A DNA stretch of 47,866 nucleotides from Pelomyxa schiedti. Taxonomy: Eukaryota; Protista; Evosea. The notes under the pieces are model-generated. The model saw only the letters and a program-made list of their open reading frames with translations. It was not told the origin of the DNA and ran no database searches. How positions within the stretch are numbered: position 1 is the first letter of the stretch; the number at the start of each line of letters is the position of its first letter. The stretch covers positions 1-47,866 of the forward strand of contig JAHLWZ010000917.1 in assembly GCA_020536535.1 (NCBI GenBank). The letters are read 5' to 3'. Positions 33,981 to 47,745 of the stretch are shown here, piece after piece. Both the position numbers and the translations under genes were made by a program.

Positions 33981-34452
33981 GCCTCCTTTCATGCTTTTAA
34001 AAAAAAAAAGAAATTGGTGAAAGTCTACCTTTGTTTGGCGATAAATAAAAGAATGGAGAGGTTATGCTGCGTCTTCTTTTTTGTGTATGGTATCGTGCGC
34101 TCATTGTGGGTCCGGGTAAAAAGGTCCAGACTCTTTGTCCCTGAGGCATCCCACAAAGATACAAAGGTACAGTGCACTTCAGGTTTTTTCTCTGTTGCGG
34201 TGCTGTGATTGGGTGGTTGTAAAAAGGTTGGTGTTGTCGTTTCAACAAGAGAAAACAAGGGACTCCAAGGGCACAGGGGAAAAAAACCAGTGTACCCTAC
34301 CACCCAAAGAATCAAGAAAAAACCTTGTTGAAAAGTAAGAAAATTTTAAGTTTTTCCTTTGAGGGTGGTGTTTTGTTGTCCACTGGATTCCTTGATATTA
34401 CATTTCCTTGTGCATAACACGGTTGCTGTACATATATATGTTCACACCAGCT

Positions 34453-36380
34453 TTACATCAGTTTTGTGGCTTTGTCTTGCTGGAACTTCTTCCAAGTAAA
34501 CACGCCAAAGAGAACTGCAACCTGCAGTGCCATGATTGTCAGCCATGGGCCAAAGGATGTGGAGTTGAAAAATTTGTTGACTGTAGTATCAGCAGTGGAA
34601 CTTATTTGGTTGTGCAAGCTTTCAGTTGCTGAAGAGAGATGCTACAAAATACATCTTAGATGAGCAACAACTAAGAGTATATACATGTGCTGCTGACTGT
34701 ATGTGCGTGAGAGTGGCGTCCTGTGCATGAAGTTTGTCAGTAATCATTGATGTAGTCTTCTCGACTTCTGCCACATGTTTCCTACAAAGGAAAAAAGGTA
34801 TGATAAAAATCAATTGGACGGTGGTACATACATCAGTGAGTCAATGGCTTGCTGGTGAGGCACTGCCGATGTGGATAACCGCTTGGATAGAGCGACGAGC
34901 GAATTACTCAACGTGCTCTTTGGTAGAGAAGCTGCATTTAAATTTTGTTGCCCAGCGACAAGGGAGCTCATGAGGGTATCGATGTGCTTCAGGTGTTTAA
35001 GGATAAAAACCTGAGGGATTAATATACTTCCGAACCTCAAATTGAAGGGAAAAAGTTGTTGTAAGCATCTCAAGAGCAAGTTGCTCAGGAATATCTTTGG
35101 GTGCACCTTAAAGAAAATCAGGCTAAAAAAAAATACTGTGCCCATGGTACTTGGAAACGTGGGAACGGGTTCAGTAAGAGATAACTTAGCTCTATCCACA
35201 AGCTCCTTTGGTGCTTGTTAGTACTGATCACTATTGTGTACTGCAAGGAACCCTGAAAGAAAGCTTAGATGCTCCAGATACTTCTGCGGCCTTGATGGAT
35301 ACAACCTCTGGTTGACTAGGTGGTTGGGGTTCAACTGCCCTCTATAAGTGTGAAAAAAAAAAAGGAAGGAAATAGTGAAAGTACTTTTCTTGGTGACAAG
35401 TCCCGCATTTGAAAGGAGTACACATCATGGTTATCTGGTTGTTCATGTGGAAGTACTAAAGTAAAATTGCACAAGCACACCAGCAAGAGCCCCTGTAGTA
35501 GCACTAAGTCCAAAGTAGTAACCAGTGGGGAGTTTAATCTCATGAAGCTCCACACATTGTGTCCACCGATCATCATGTGAGGTGTCCATCCAGACCTAAC
35601 ACGAGTTACGCACAACCGTTTCAATCAAATTAGGTACAGATAATGTTTGTTGTTCCCCTTCATAGCGGATCCTGGCTTTTGGGTTCTTTGCTGTATTTCG
35701 GAAGAAACTTTGGCAACCACCAGTCTGAATATCCTGGCCATCTGTAGCTGGATTGTAAACTTTGCTTTCATCATTCATAATAATGCTGACATATGGATTG
35801 TTCCTCTTTTCAAATGTTACAGGAGAAGCAATTCTACCTAATTACCTTTCCATCGTTATCATAAGTGTCAAAGGAAATCATGAGCCCGGACCAGGTTTCC
35901 TTTGAACCAAAGGCAGGACCCTGAGTTGAGGGAGTTTCTGCGTACCAAAATGCGAATCCGTCGGCGCCGACTCGGCCGCCTCCATGTATCTTGTATTCGA
36001 GGGTTACCTCCCAGTCAATAGCTTCAACTTTCTAGAGGTGCAGTCAATGAAAAAGTCACTACAACATAGGAGTATGTATCAATACCGCAACGTTCCAAAT
36101 GTTTCCCGTTCGAGACGGCGTTGAAGGAGTCAACCGGATGTAATCGTCAGAAACCACAGTAGAACCCCCAAAGTTCCAGAATCGAATAGAACCGTGTCCT
36201 AGGGAGCAGTAAATAACCCCACGTCCCGTAAGTAAAGAGCGTGTTACCTTTCAGAAAGGGCTTTGCAAAAGAGTGCAAACGCACAACCGGCGTATCACGT
36301 TCTTCGGCTACAGTTTGTACGACACATAGGTCAACGCACACGAGAACAACGAGCGCTATAAAAACAACGCCACGCCGCAT
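34453..36380 (-). CDS. LMAN1: ERGIC-53/VIP36-like L-type lectin cargo receptor (multi-exon)
   Basis: Signal peptide; HSFAKPF, YIRLTPS, GADGFAFWY, GLMISFDTYDND; helical stalk; TM WLTIMALQVAVLFGVFTW and short tail KKFQQDKATKLM; TAA 34453-34455. Confidence 0.88.
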
Positions 36381-36650
36381 GGTGGTATTACAGGCAAACA
36401 ACAGACGGCTCCGGAAGGCCTTGTGATACAAGGGATTTGTTGTGGTTTTACAAAAAAAAGACGATCTCGGAAAACAACACTTGAAAAACAAATAGACGCA
36501 GGGCATCACTGCCCAGGAATAGAAAATTAGAACAGGCATCTGCCAAGCTTAGACACAAAATATACACTTGTCAAGGTCGTGGTCCAAAATCGGGACGGCG
36601 AATTTTATCCCCGTCCCATTGGGGGAATTTTGTTCCCCTATATCTCAGTA

Positions 36651-39600
36651 TCAGTTGACAAGCTCCTGGAGTGCCAACTCCTGTTCCAAGAGGGGAGAAA
36701 CATCCTCGAATCCTGGTGGTTTTGTGTTGGATTGGTTTTTGTTGATAATGGGACGAAAAAGGGAAAATACTGGGTCGGTCATGGTGGTCCTGTGCCCAGC
36801 ATTTCTCTATGATAGATTTCAAACCAGGAGAGTTAATTTCCTCCAGTGGAGGTCGCTAGGGATTGGCATTAGATTTTTAGACACCCTAGTAGCAGGAAAG
36901 GTACATTCCCGTTAATCACAAACTCAGTTATCTCTGATGGCTTGTAAATAATAAAGAAGAGGGAGAAATTCAGGCACACTCCAAAATGACTGAAGGTCAC
37001 TAAAAGGATCCCTTCTAGTCACGATTTCCCACGCCAATATTCCAAAACTACATTGTTTTTACAAAGAGGGTTGGTGGAAATTGCCTTACCTATATACATC
37101 TGCACTTTCTCTGTACTTTAGAAATTGTTACATGAATATTATGGCATGAGTAACTACCTTTCCACTTGCTAGAAGTTCCTATAAATAACTTCAGAACGAG
37201 GAATTGAAAAGGGGAAAAAATACCGGGGGCATATACATGGGAGTCCCCACCTTTGTAAAGAAATTAAAATCATTTCCCATTAGTTAAAACATACTCCAGT
37301 AGTAAAGTTTTGCGTTTCCTCTGTTTGAGCTGGAGAAAAATGTTAAAATTTTGGGTCTCTTTGTATAGTAGCCTTACTGAAGTTTCGGCTTGTTCCAAAA
37401 TCTTAAAAAAAAGTTTAAAAAAATCAATAAAGCACCTATTGCCCACCAGTAATTTTACAATTCACAGGCGCCCCAATATCGAGAGTCAATACCTGCAAAA
37501 GGGAATGAGATAAAAGACATTATACCAATCAAATCATAAACCAAAAGATTGTCAGGTTTGAGGTCTCGATGGAGGACATTGGCCTGCTTGTGTTAAGAGT
37601 TAACATTGAATAATCAGACATACTTGATGCAAAAATGTCATGCCTATGGAAGGAATAAGAATAGTAATAAAACAAGAGTGTTACCTCGTGTGCAGTCGAG
37701 AAAGCACTTCAATATTAATTGATACGAGAAGGGATGTTTATTTATAGCGGATTTGAGGCTGCCATATGGGAATAACTCCTGATGAACAAATTGTTAAGAA
37801 CAGCAGAGTAAATTGGAGATTGTACAGTAACGAGTGCCAGCTTTCCTGGTGTCCTTACTTCAAAAAATGAGTAATAAAAGAAATGATAGTTTGGGACCAC
37901 CTGCTCCAATGAAGGAAACAATCTAGAATGGAAAGGATAGGATAGTTAAGAAGTGTCAACAATGAAAGGTATTACCTGGGGACATCGTATACTTTCAAGA
38001 ATTCTCACCTCTTGTTCGAACTCAGTTATTACTTTCTTCCCTTCTTGACTCTATGGTGTGTGCTGAGTATGTAGTAACAGACCTAACCTTGCTTACTTTA
38101 ATTATTTTTACTGCCACAGGCTGTCCTCGCCTAAAACGATAAATGAAACATAAAAATAAAATACAAGTACCAGGTAGCTTTATACACGATACCAAAGGCA
38201 CCTTCCCCAATAGCAGTATCAAGCTTTTTTTTTTTTTTTTTTTTTTGAGTTAGGGGTCGAATTCACCAATCAAATCAACCATAAGTTCTTCCTGATCAAG
38301 GTGGGTAGACAACTTACTACTTAAATTAACATTCAGAGCCAAAAAAGTCTGAAAAAGTGGTTTACAAGGACAGTCTATTTAGATAGAGTTACATGAAGGT
38401 TCTCCAAATCTTTCGAGGCTTGAATTATGATATTTGTTTCCAAGACAGTAGTGCATAAAACAGTCAAACTTATACTCAACTCTAGTTGATGTTTCTTAGC
38501 ATGTTAGATCATATATTACGGTCCTCAACATACCGGTTTTAGTGAGCCAGACTGTGGGCTTATTGTCGCATTATACTTGTGGCTCTTAGGTATAATGCAG
38601 TTGAAATAAATCACGGTCTTCCTAGAGTTGCTCAAGGTTATTGTATCAGTGAGTTCAACACCAACGGGTGCCTGGTGTGTGTCCAAGCCAAACTCCACCT
38701 TTTCCTCTGGTATTACCTTAGTGACAGAAATGTAAATTTCATAGTATTTTGTTACGGTAACAACAAACCTGCAAAAGGAAGTTCGCAGAGGTTTTCTGGC
38801 TTTGGGACAGTGAAAAAGTGTTCATAAAACAAAGAGGAGACCACTTACTGGCATCCTTCAAGAGAAATCGATTTATCAAAACGGACTGTACTGGATAAAA
38901 GTGACATCGGGTTCATTTCTGTCTCCCTTTCTTCTAGATCTTGAGAAACGTACTTCCTGGCAAACAAAATGAGGTGAGCACGATAGTGGAAAGATGATAA
39001 ACCGTTTCAGGAAGAAGAAACCAAGGCAAAAAGCACCTGCCAAAAATGCCAAACCAAACAGCCCACCAATAACTCCTCCAGCAATTGCTTTTTTGTTCCT
39101 ACCAGAATGAGAGCTGGACGTGGACAACAATCTTGATGCATCACTTGAAAGGGAGGATGACAGTGCAATTGAATTTGACTTGAGTTCAGAATGTGAAACG
39201 GACTGGGTTGAGCTATAGGAAGAAATACTCCAACGAGACTCAGAAGACGATACTGAAGAAGAGTCAATAGTTGCAGGCAAGGATGAACTAGAAGAAAACA
39301 CTGAAGAGGAACTGGAGGGTAAGCTTGACGAGGAAGAAGAGCGAGACGAAGATGAGGACGAGGATATTTGGGACGAAGAAAATGAGGAAGAGATAGAAGC
39401 GGAGGACGAGAGAATAGATGACGATGAGGAAATGGAAGCTGAGGGTGAGAGAGAAAAATACACCGATGATTCCGAAGATGAGAAGGATGCTGAATGTGAC
39501 AAAGAACATGAAGATGACGAACCTGATGACGATATGGAAGAAGAATCTGAAGAAGACCTGGAATACGATTCTGATGAAGATATGGAAGAAGAATCTGAGG

Positions 39601-40891
39601 AAGAGTGTGACGATTCTGAAATAGAATATGAAGAAGAATCTGACAAAGAGGAATCAGATGAAGACAGTGATGCTGACTCTGATGAAGAAGAGAATGACTC
39701 TGACGAAGACAATGACACTGACTCTGATGAAGAAGAGAATGATCCCGATGAAGAAGAGAATGAGTCCGACGAAGACAGTGAGGATGATTCCGACGAAGAA
39801 GAGAATGACTCTGACGAGGACGAGAATGACTCGGATGAAGAGAGTGAATGGGAGGAAGACGATAGAGACTCTGATGATGAATAGGACGGGACGTTGTAAC
39901 AGGAGCAAGAATAGGAAAAAAGGGTCCTGTACCAGTATTTTGGGGTTTTGACAATCTGTGTTATTGCTGGGGCTTCACCCAGTACATCTGATATCTTGTA
40001 GATCCAGGTAGTTCCATTAAAAACAGACTGATAAATTCCGCCATCATTGCAATCTGTCACTATCCCCGCAAAAATTGCACTCGAGCCAAAAAGTGAGGAG
40101 CGGGCAGCCAGTTCGGTTGAATTAAGCCTCGTAGCATGCGAAGTATTCGTGTTCAGCTTGTAGAACTTTCCACTGGCCTCAGATATAATCACCGCATTAG
40201 GCTCACACAAAGCAGTAGCATCCTTATAATCCTCAGTAGAACTCAGTCCCGTAATTGTGGCCAGCATCTTTGTGGAGGTTGGTGCAGTAGTGTGCTGATA
40301 CATCCGATGTTTTTGCACGGCTGGATCCCAAACAAAAGAGTACAGGATGCCTGCCGTTATATTCGAGGGGTCGATCCACCACGCCGTGACTAGGCCCAAA
40401 ACAGAGCAGTTGGCAGTTATGGGAGTCAACTTGGAAGCTGCCGCGGGGTCGCATTTGGCATTAGTAAAGGTGAGGGACAAGTTGGTCGTGCCCGTCGCGC
40501 CGAATTGGTAAAGCGAAATGGCGTTGGTACCAACTGTCTCGGCGGCCCGCATGGCCGGGGCTAGGCACCACTCGCCCTCGGTCGCTGTTATGGGAGAGTC
40601 GCCGGACTGTGCGATAACAACTTCGACGGCTTTTACATTCTCGGTACTTCCTCCATATTGGACCCAGTTGGCGGGAAAGCCGAAGGATTTAAACTCAAAG
40701 GTGCTTCGTGATGCCATGCTCCGGGAAATGGTGTTGCTCGGGATGGTAGAGTGGAACTGAGTTGTGGGAGAAGTAGCGGGGACCGTGACAGGAAGGAGAG
40801 GGAGAATTGTGGGAGTGCACAGCGAGGCAACGAAGAAGTACTGGACCAGTAGAAAGGACCAGAGTAGCACTGTGCTGGCTGTATGGAGCAT
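36651..40891 (-). CDS. Receptor-type transmembrane TKL protein kinase (ectodomain, Ser-rich stalk, TM, Ig/MSP-like juxtamembrane domain, kinase)
   Basis: Signal peptide; ~260-aa Ser stalk; TM AIAGGVIGGLFGLAFLAGAFCLGFFFL; FGLDTHQAPVGVELTDTITL; IGEGAFGIVYKA, VAVKIIK, HRDLKPDNLL, DFGTSR, GTPMYMPP, CWAQDHHDRP; TGA 36651-36653. Confidence 0.9.
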
Positions 40892-41259
40892 CAAAGACCC
40901 TGGGTGCTTTTCTTCTTTTTTTGATGATACAAGTACGGAACGCTATTTTCACGGAGGGTCCCATAAAGCTAGGAACTAATGAACGAAGATCACCTCCCGG
41001 ATCAAAGATTTCTGGAAATGGGGACTAGTGCACAGGTGGTTTCCTTCCTTTCAGTCCTCTTGAAGTGGTATTTCAGCCCAGGGCACTTTTCGTCGCGTTT
41101 AAAAGGAACGGGACAAAACGGTTTCCGGGTCCCCCATTTTCAATTGATGATTGTTCAAAGTCGAAGCAGGGAAGGAGAAAGCAACACAAACTCGAAAGAA
41201 CAAAGGATTAAACAAAACAAAACAAAAAAAAAAAAAACGCAGACACGAGTGTGCGCCGT

Positions 41260-44200
41260 ATGTCGGGATCTCTGCTTTGGATCTTTCTGCTGATCGTTGT
41301 GGTCAGTTCAGCAGACACATACACCGCGATGGCTCTTTGGGACCGTGGATCTGCAGAGGTGCAGAGGGTCAACTTTGCTACTGTAAACTACAGTGCCCCT
41401 GGCTCGCCGGTCGCGGTGTCTCAAATAGCGTGCACAACCGACACTGACTCAATAAAAACCATGGAAGCAACAGCAGGCATTCACGTCACGATTAACGAGC
41501 CTCCTGCACTTCCTCCGGGCTTCCCCACGCTTTACTCGTCGTACACCAACGAAGCTTGCGACACCACCTACTTTGAATGTGGGGTTCCTAGAAATGCCGT
41601 CTATGGAGGAATGGCTGTTAACTTTTGGTCGAACAACGTGTCTTACTCGATTGCATATGATAATGACACTTCTCAATGGCTTTTGTTCAAACAAGCTCCT
41701 TATTGGACCTATTCCGCTGTTGCTGGGGCCATCACTGGACTACCTACTGTTACTTCCGGTCTGGACTCAGCAACTACGTGCCAGCAAAACCTGATGTACG
41801 TTCTATATCCAGATGGAAAGGTGTATAAGCTCGACCTTGTAACTAGAGTTGCCACAGTGTGTGAAAAAATTACAACCGCCCTGGCCAACTCCCCAAGTAA
41901 TACAAATAAAAGGTGGAGTGGCATTGTCTATGACCCAGATACAACTACTTTTATTTTGACAAGGACGGATAAGTCTGCTACAACCGTAGGAGAAGCCTTC
42001 ATTGGATACAGAGATGAGCATCCTGCATGGATATTGGCAACTACTGCGGTTCATTTTAGGATATTATATTCACGGGACTTCTCCTCTGCAGCTTGCAGTG
42101 CAACACCACAACCGTCTGACTTTTGTACTGTACTGTCATCATCTGAGTCTTCATCTTCGGACTCCCTTTCCAGCTCCAGCTCTCAGTCCCTGTCTTCTTC
42201 TGAGTCTTCATCTTCGTACTCCCTTTCCAGCTCGCAGTCCCTGTCTTCTTCTGGGTCCTCACATTCATTTTCTTCGTCCCAGTCTTCATCTAGTTCGCGC
42301 TCTCTCTCGTCCTCTATGTCATCTTCATCGGCCTCCATATCATCATCCCTTTCTTTGTCCTCCTCACAGTCTGAATCTTTGTCATCCTCATCCCTGTCGG
42401 AATCCTTGTCGTTATCGTCATCCTGGTCCACATCTTCTTCTGTTTCGGAGTCCACATCAGTATCACAATCCATTTCACGATCTAGTTCCGGGTCCAGGTC
42501 AGATTCTCTCTCCCAATCACTCTCCGAGTCCTCCTCGGCGTCTGACTCTACGTCGCAGTCTGTATCTACATCGGAGTCTGTGTCTAGGTCAAGCTCAGAC
42601 TCCTCTCAGTCTGACTCCTCCTCAACTTCTCAATCATATTCCTCTTCACATTCCCAATCCATATCCCACTCGTATTCTGTTTCACAATCTTCCTCAGCAT
42701 CTCTCAGCTCCTCTCATTCCCTGTCTCAGTCTTCAAGTTTGTCTGAATCACAGTCCTCTCCTTCACTGTCCTTCTCTTCATCTTCAAGTAAATCAATAGC
42801 CTCATCCAGTGAAGAGAGCCTCCTTGATCCATCTCGATCTTCAAGTGACCATAAAAAAAAGAGTCATGCTGGTGCTGCGGTGGGTGCCGTTTTTATCGTT
42901 CTTGTATTTGGAGCATGTACTGGAGCATGCATTTTCTTTGTACTGTGGCGACGGTAGTTCAAAATTTCGTTTCTTTGCATTTACTATTGCCAGGAGGTCA
43001 CTCCCTGATTCCATAGAAGAGAAGATTGATAAATTACCTGAAGTGCCAGCTCCAATTGCACGGATTGGGTTTGTAGCTGCATTACTACAAAGGTCGGAGA
43101 GAGGTGATAATGAGGCTCACGACGAGCATGCCGCCGCTGAAATGTCCAGTTCTCTTGTGAAACTTTCCCCTCTGTGCCGATTTGACAAAAATATTGATTT
43201 AACTGGTTGCAGGTAGCTACATTCATGAAATTCTCTTTAACTAAAGAGTTTTAGACAAGTACCGGCAGATTCCTTTGATCTAATGGCATTCTTTTTCACC
43301 AGATAAATATAAGAATGACACAGCCCAGGTAACACCAAATCGCAAATTGGAATTCGATCTTGGTTCTAGACAAGCACCAGTTGGTGCTGAACTTGTGGAT
43401 ACTATAACCCTATGCAATAATTACCGCAGAGCAGTTGAATTCAAAGTTGTCTCTCCTCAAAGTCACCAGTACAAGATCTCCATAGATCCTCCTACTGGAT
43501 TTCTTAAAGAGGTACTTCTTGGCAGTACTTTCTGTTGCTCAAACTGGGAAAGGGAGAAGAGTGTACAATTGAATTAAAGATGACCGTTCTTTGTACAACA
43601 AAAATTGACACTGATGTCATAGTCACAGCAAGGAGAGGTTTGTTCTCGACTTAACACTAAAATCTCAATCCTTCCTACAGATAAATCTGATAGGGCACAG
43701 GTTTCATGCAACTTAGTTTCTTCGAATTTCCTAACAGACTACAGACTTATATCGTCGTAAAAATCAATACAAGTTCCATGCTGTCGACGAGTATTGATCC
43801 AGATGATCTCATGGTAGAATACCAAAACATTCCAAGAGCTCACTTTAGTTCAGCTGGGAAATCAAATTGGAGAAGGTGCCTATGGAATCGTCTATCTGGG
43901 CAAATGGTTTCCTCCCCCTTTTTTTTTTGGTAGCTTTGCATTCATTTTTGTAGGAGAGAACAAGAGGTAGCAATAAAAGTAGTAAAAGTATGTACCACTG
44001 GAATTTAAATTAGGGAACTTAAGAAAATAATAGAACCAGGAGGGCAAAAATGCCACCACAGAATTCTACACCGAAGTACAAATGATGGAAAGTATCAGAT
44101 GTCCTCAAGTATGTTAAATTTTTATTGATGCTACTTACGCACTGCCTAGATAGTCAATTTTGTTGGTGCAGGTATTTCTCTTACTTCAAATAAAAAATGC

Positions 44201-45551
44201 ATTTTTCAACTTCGGCAGTAAAAATTCCTGGGCGCCTGGCTCTTGTGACGGTTCACAGCCCTATTACTTTCGTTTCTTTTAACGAATTCAAAGGAATACT
44301 TCCCATATGGAAGCTTGAAGTCTGCAATGAAGGTATTTACTGCTCAAAAAAAATGCATTCTGTTTAACAAAAAACAGAAACACCCATTTCCCTATGAATT
44401 GAAGGTAAAATGCCTTCTTGATTGTGCTCGAGGTTGTCCTTATTAAGTATTTGTTTAATACTAATATTTTGCCAATAGGGATGAAATTCCTTCATCAAGT
44501 TTGTAAATTTTCTCGCAGTTCATCGTTTTTATTTTCTTTTTAAAGGCTAGTGTGCTTCACCGAGATTTGAAGCCTGACAACCTTCTGGTACCTTTCTGGA
44601 ATTTCCAATTAACTGAGACCTGCAGGTTCTGACCCTTGATGCCTGTCCTGTAAATTGTAAAATTACTGGTATTCCCTCCCCTTTTTTTTATTTTATCTTC
44701 CTTACCTGACACAGATTTTGGAACAAGCAGAGATGTCAGTATGGTTCCCAGTTTTGTTGTCAGTTTTGCTTATTCCCGTAGATCACGTCAAAGAAACTCA
44801 ATGTTATACAACCGGCGTACGTACAGTTTTCTGCTGGTTATCTCTAACCAATCTCTCAGGTTGGTACTCCTGTGTACATGCCTCCAGTGAGTTTCCTCCA
44901 CTCTCTAAGTTAAAATTAACATATCAAAAGGAATTACTTTCCTCTGGGAAGGTAACACTCTGAGACTTATTCCTTTTTATCCTTAAGTTTTTCTTCTCAC
45001 AATGATAGTATAATAAAAGTGCCGACGTTTACAGGTAGACGACCATCGTTGAATGTTCCGTTTTTCACCTTTCCACCAGTTTTGCGATTCTTGGGCACGA
45101 AGTTCTCACTGGAGAAGAGCCTTTCTCCTCGTTGAGACAATCTCTATGGAGTGTGTTGTTTTTCTACTTTACTTTTCTGAAGAATGTATAGAAGTCACAG
45201 AGTACGTTATAAGTGGAAATGTAAGGTTCTTGCACTTCTACCGTTGAATAACTACTTTATATTCAGAGGCTTCCCTTAGACAACTTAACAGCAGGCATGG
45301 CTTCTCTCATCTCGTCCTGTTGGGCACAGGACTACCACGAGAGGCCCGGTAAAATCAATTATGTATCCCAACCTTTTTCTGATCTTCCGCTACCAGCTTT
45401 CGAAGCTCTTTGTCCACTCCTAGAGCAGGAGTGGTCGCTTGCCCAAACATCCACACTCACCACACCAACTACCATTACTACCACTACCACATCCACAATA
45501 ACACCTGTTGATAGGCAACCAGCTGATTCCACTACCAACAACCAGAATTGA
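41260..45551 (+). CDS. Receptor-type transmembrane TKL protein kinase, paralog of the divergently transcribed neighbour
   Basis: Signal peptide; Ser stalk; TM AAVGAVFIVLVFGACTGACIFFVLW; FDLGSRQAPVGAELVDTITL; IGEGAYGIVYLG, HRDLKPDNLL, DFGTSRD, GTPVYMPP, CWAQDYHERP. Confidence 0.9.
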
Positions 45552-45685
45552 ATTTTGGTTGACTGTCCACACCGTTATAAATGTGATTTTGTACCACCAT
45601 CCTCTCGAAAGGCGGTCTTTCATTGCGTTATTGAAATGAAAGCCAAAGATAATGAAAAACACCAAACATTTTTTTAGGGTATTTT

Positions 45686-47709
45686 TTAATTCCTCTTCAC
45701 CCACAGTAACTGGAATGATTCTGGTAGAGCATCACCAGGGTTACACAATGCCAGGTCCTCAACCACACCACTACAGTGTGAACACACACAGTGTTCCATT
45801 TTCATTGCTTCTATCAGTGCAACTGTCTGCCCTGGTGTGACAACATCCCCTTTCTTGACTGTGAACTGCACAAATTTGCCAGGCAACGGGGTGACAACTG
45901 CTGAAGCTGAAGCTGAATTGGTGGAAGTTGTCGATGTAAGTGAGGGTCCAGTTGTTGTGGTGGTGGTGTTTTGAGGTGATTTGGTGTGGGGCCGGAATTG
46001 GAATACTGGGTCTCCTGGTACTGACACAATTGTGGTGTTTGTGGCAGTGTCGTAGTGGGATATTCCATCTCTAGATTGAAGAATGTGATCATACACTTTA
46101 ACTCTAAGCAGGTTGTGACCACTGTCTGATAGAACTCCGCTAGTCAGAAGACAATCTCCAGAGGGCAACTTGATACTGAATTCTGGGTTTTTTTGGTGTG
46201 GTTTTGTACAGGTAGCATTAACAGTACATATATTCAAATCCCCTTCTACCCAGTCAAAGGGAATAGTTTCTGGCAACTCGCACGCTCCAGCATGAAAATA
46301 GGCCAGAGAAGACCAAGGAGATTCTTCCCCCGTGTGTTTGTACAGTTTAGCATGGTCATATAAGAGATTGTGTAATGTGGCTATCGCAAGTGCCCTGCTT
46401 TTAGCTGGTGATAAAGTGCTTGGCTCCAGGGAAGGTTTTTTTATCAGATTTTGAAGCTCACTAGTCACAAAGGAAGTTATAACTGGTCCGGATTTGTAAG
46501 ATGGATGTTCCAATGTATTCTTGAGGAAATCTAGATTTGTCTTCACTCCATGAACATGAGTGTTGTCCAAGGCACGCCTAAGTTCATGTACAGCATCGGC
46601 TCGGTTTTCCCCCCATGCAACAACTTTTGCAATAAGCGGGTCGTAGTGTGAACCTACAGTATCCCCCTGTCTGACACCCCTGTCAACGCGCACTCTGCCC
46701 TCAACTTCCTGTGGTAACTTCAGCACTGACAATCTGCCTGTGCATGGCGTGAAGTTATTTGATGCATCTTCCGCATATAGTCTTGCCTGAACAGCACATC
46801 CCTTCAGTTGGGGGCTCTTCGGCAATTTCAATCCGGCGGCAACTCTTAATTGCCACTCCACTAAGTCCTCTCCACACACCATCTCAGTAACCGTGTGTTC
46901 TACTTGCAATCTTGCATTGGTCTCCATGAAGTAGAACTGCCCTCCGTCGTCATCTACAATAAATTCAACAGTGCCTGCCCCCTTGTATCCTTCCACTCCT
47001 CTGATAACATGTATTGCGGCGTTGTGCAGTTTTTCTCTGAGGGAGTTATCCAGGTTGGGTGCTGGACATTCTTCAATAACTTTCTGGAATCTTCTTTGAA
47101 CACTGCAATCGCGATCAAATATATGCTTTATTCCCCCTTGTCCATCTGAAAAGACTTGAACCTCGATGTGCCGTGCCCGAGGTAAAAATCTCTCCAAAAC
47201 CAGCTCAGTACTTTTTTTCTCCTTGCTCCCAGTGTTTGAAAAGGCTGAAGTAGCTTCACGATGTGATGATGCAATAGCTGGAGTTAAGTCTTCCTTCCTA
47301 TGAACTACGCGCATCCCCCTCCCTCCACCACCATTAGCTGGCTTTACCAAAAGGGGAAAGCCTACCAATTTGGCAATCATTTCATGGTTTGGTGCTGCTG
47401 ATGTTGTGATCCAAGGTAGAACGGGAACACCAATTCTTTGAACCAGTTTTTTTGCTTCGCTCTTAGAAGCAATGCTGCGCATTGCTGAGGCTGAAGGACC
47501 CACAAAAATAAGACTTGCATTCGCACATTCCTCAGAAAAAGATGCGCTCTCAGACAAAAAACTATCAGTCCCGTCAGAATTTGTACACCCGTCACAGTCA
47601 TGCATACCCATATCCAGGGTGAACAGACTTTGCACCACACTTCCTGGCCGCATCAATAATTGCAGCGCCGTTAAGATAACTCATCGTAGCTGGAGCTGGC
47701 CCTATACGA
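45686..47709 (-). CDS. Biotin-dependent acyl-CoA carboxylase alpha subunit (BC + BCCP; MCC/PCC-alpha-like), 5' end beyond window
   Basis: RIGPAPATMSYLN...VHPGYG (intron 47562-47607) FLSE, GFPLLVKPANGGGGRGMR, RHIEVQV, RDCSVQRR, FMETNARLQVEHTVTE, YDPLIAK, biotinylation motif EAMKME. Confidence 0.93.
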
Positions 47710-47745
47710 CTAAATATAAATACTTATAAAACAAAAGCACATTAT

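Noticed and set aside
33935-34250. GTGA-containing stems as a canonical eukaryotic SECIS
   Set aside because: None shows the RUGA/GA core with an ~11-12 bp upper stem and apical AA; the best candidate (33939-33967) is too short and lacks the AA loop.
39432-39884. Highly acidic Asp/Glu ORF on + strand (and similar 42183-42473 on -)
   Set aside because: Antisense shadow of the Ser-rich (TCN) stalks of the receptor kinases.
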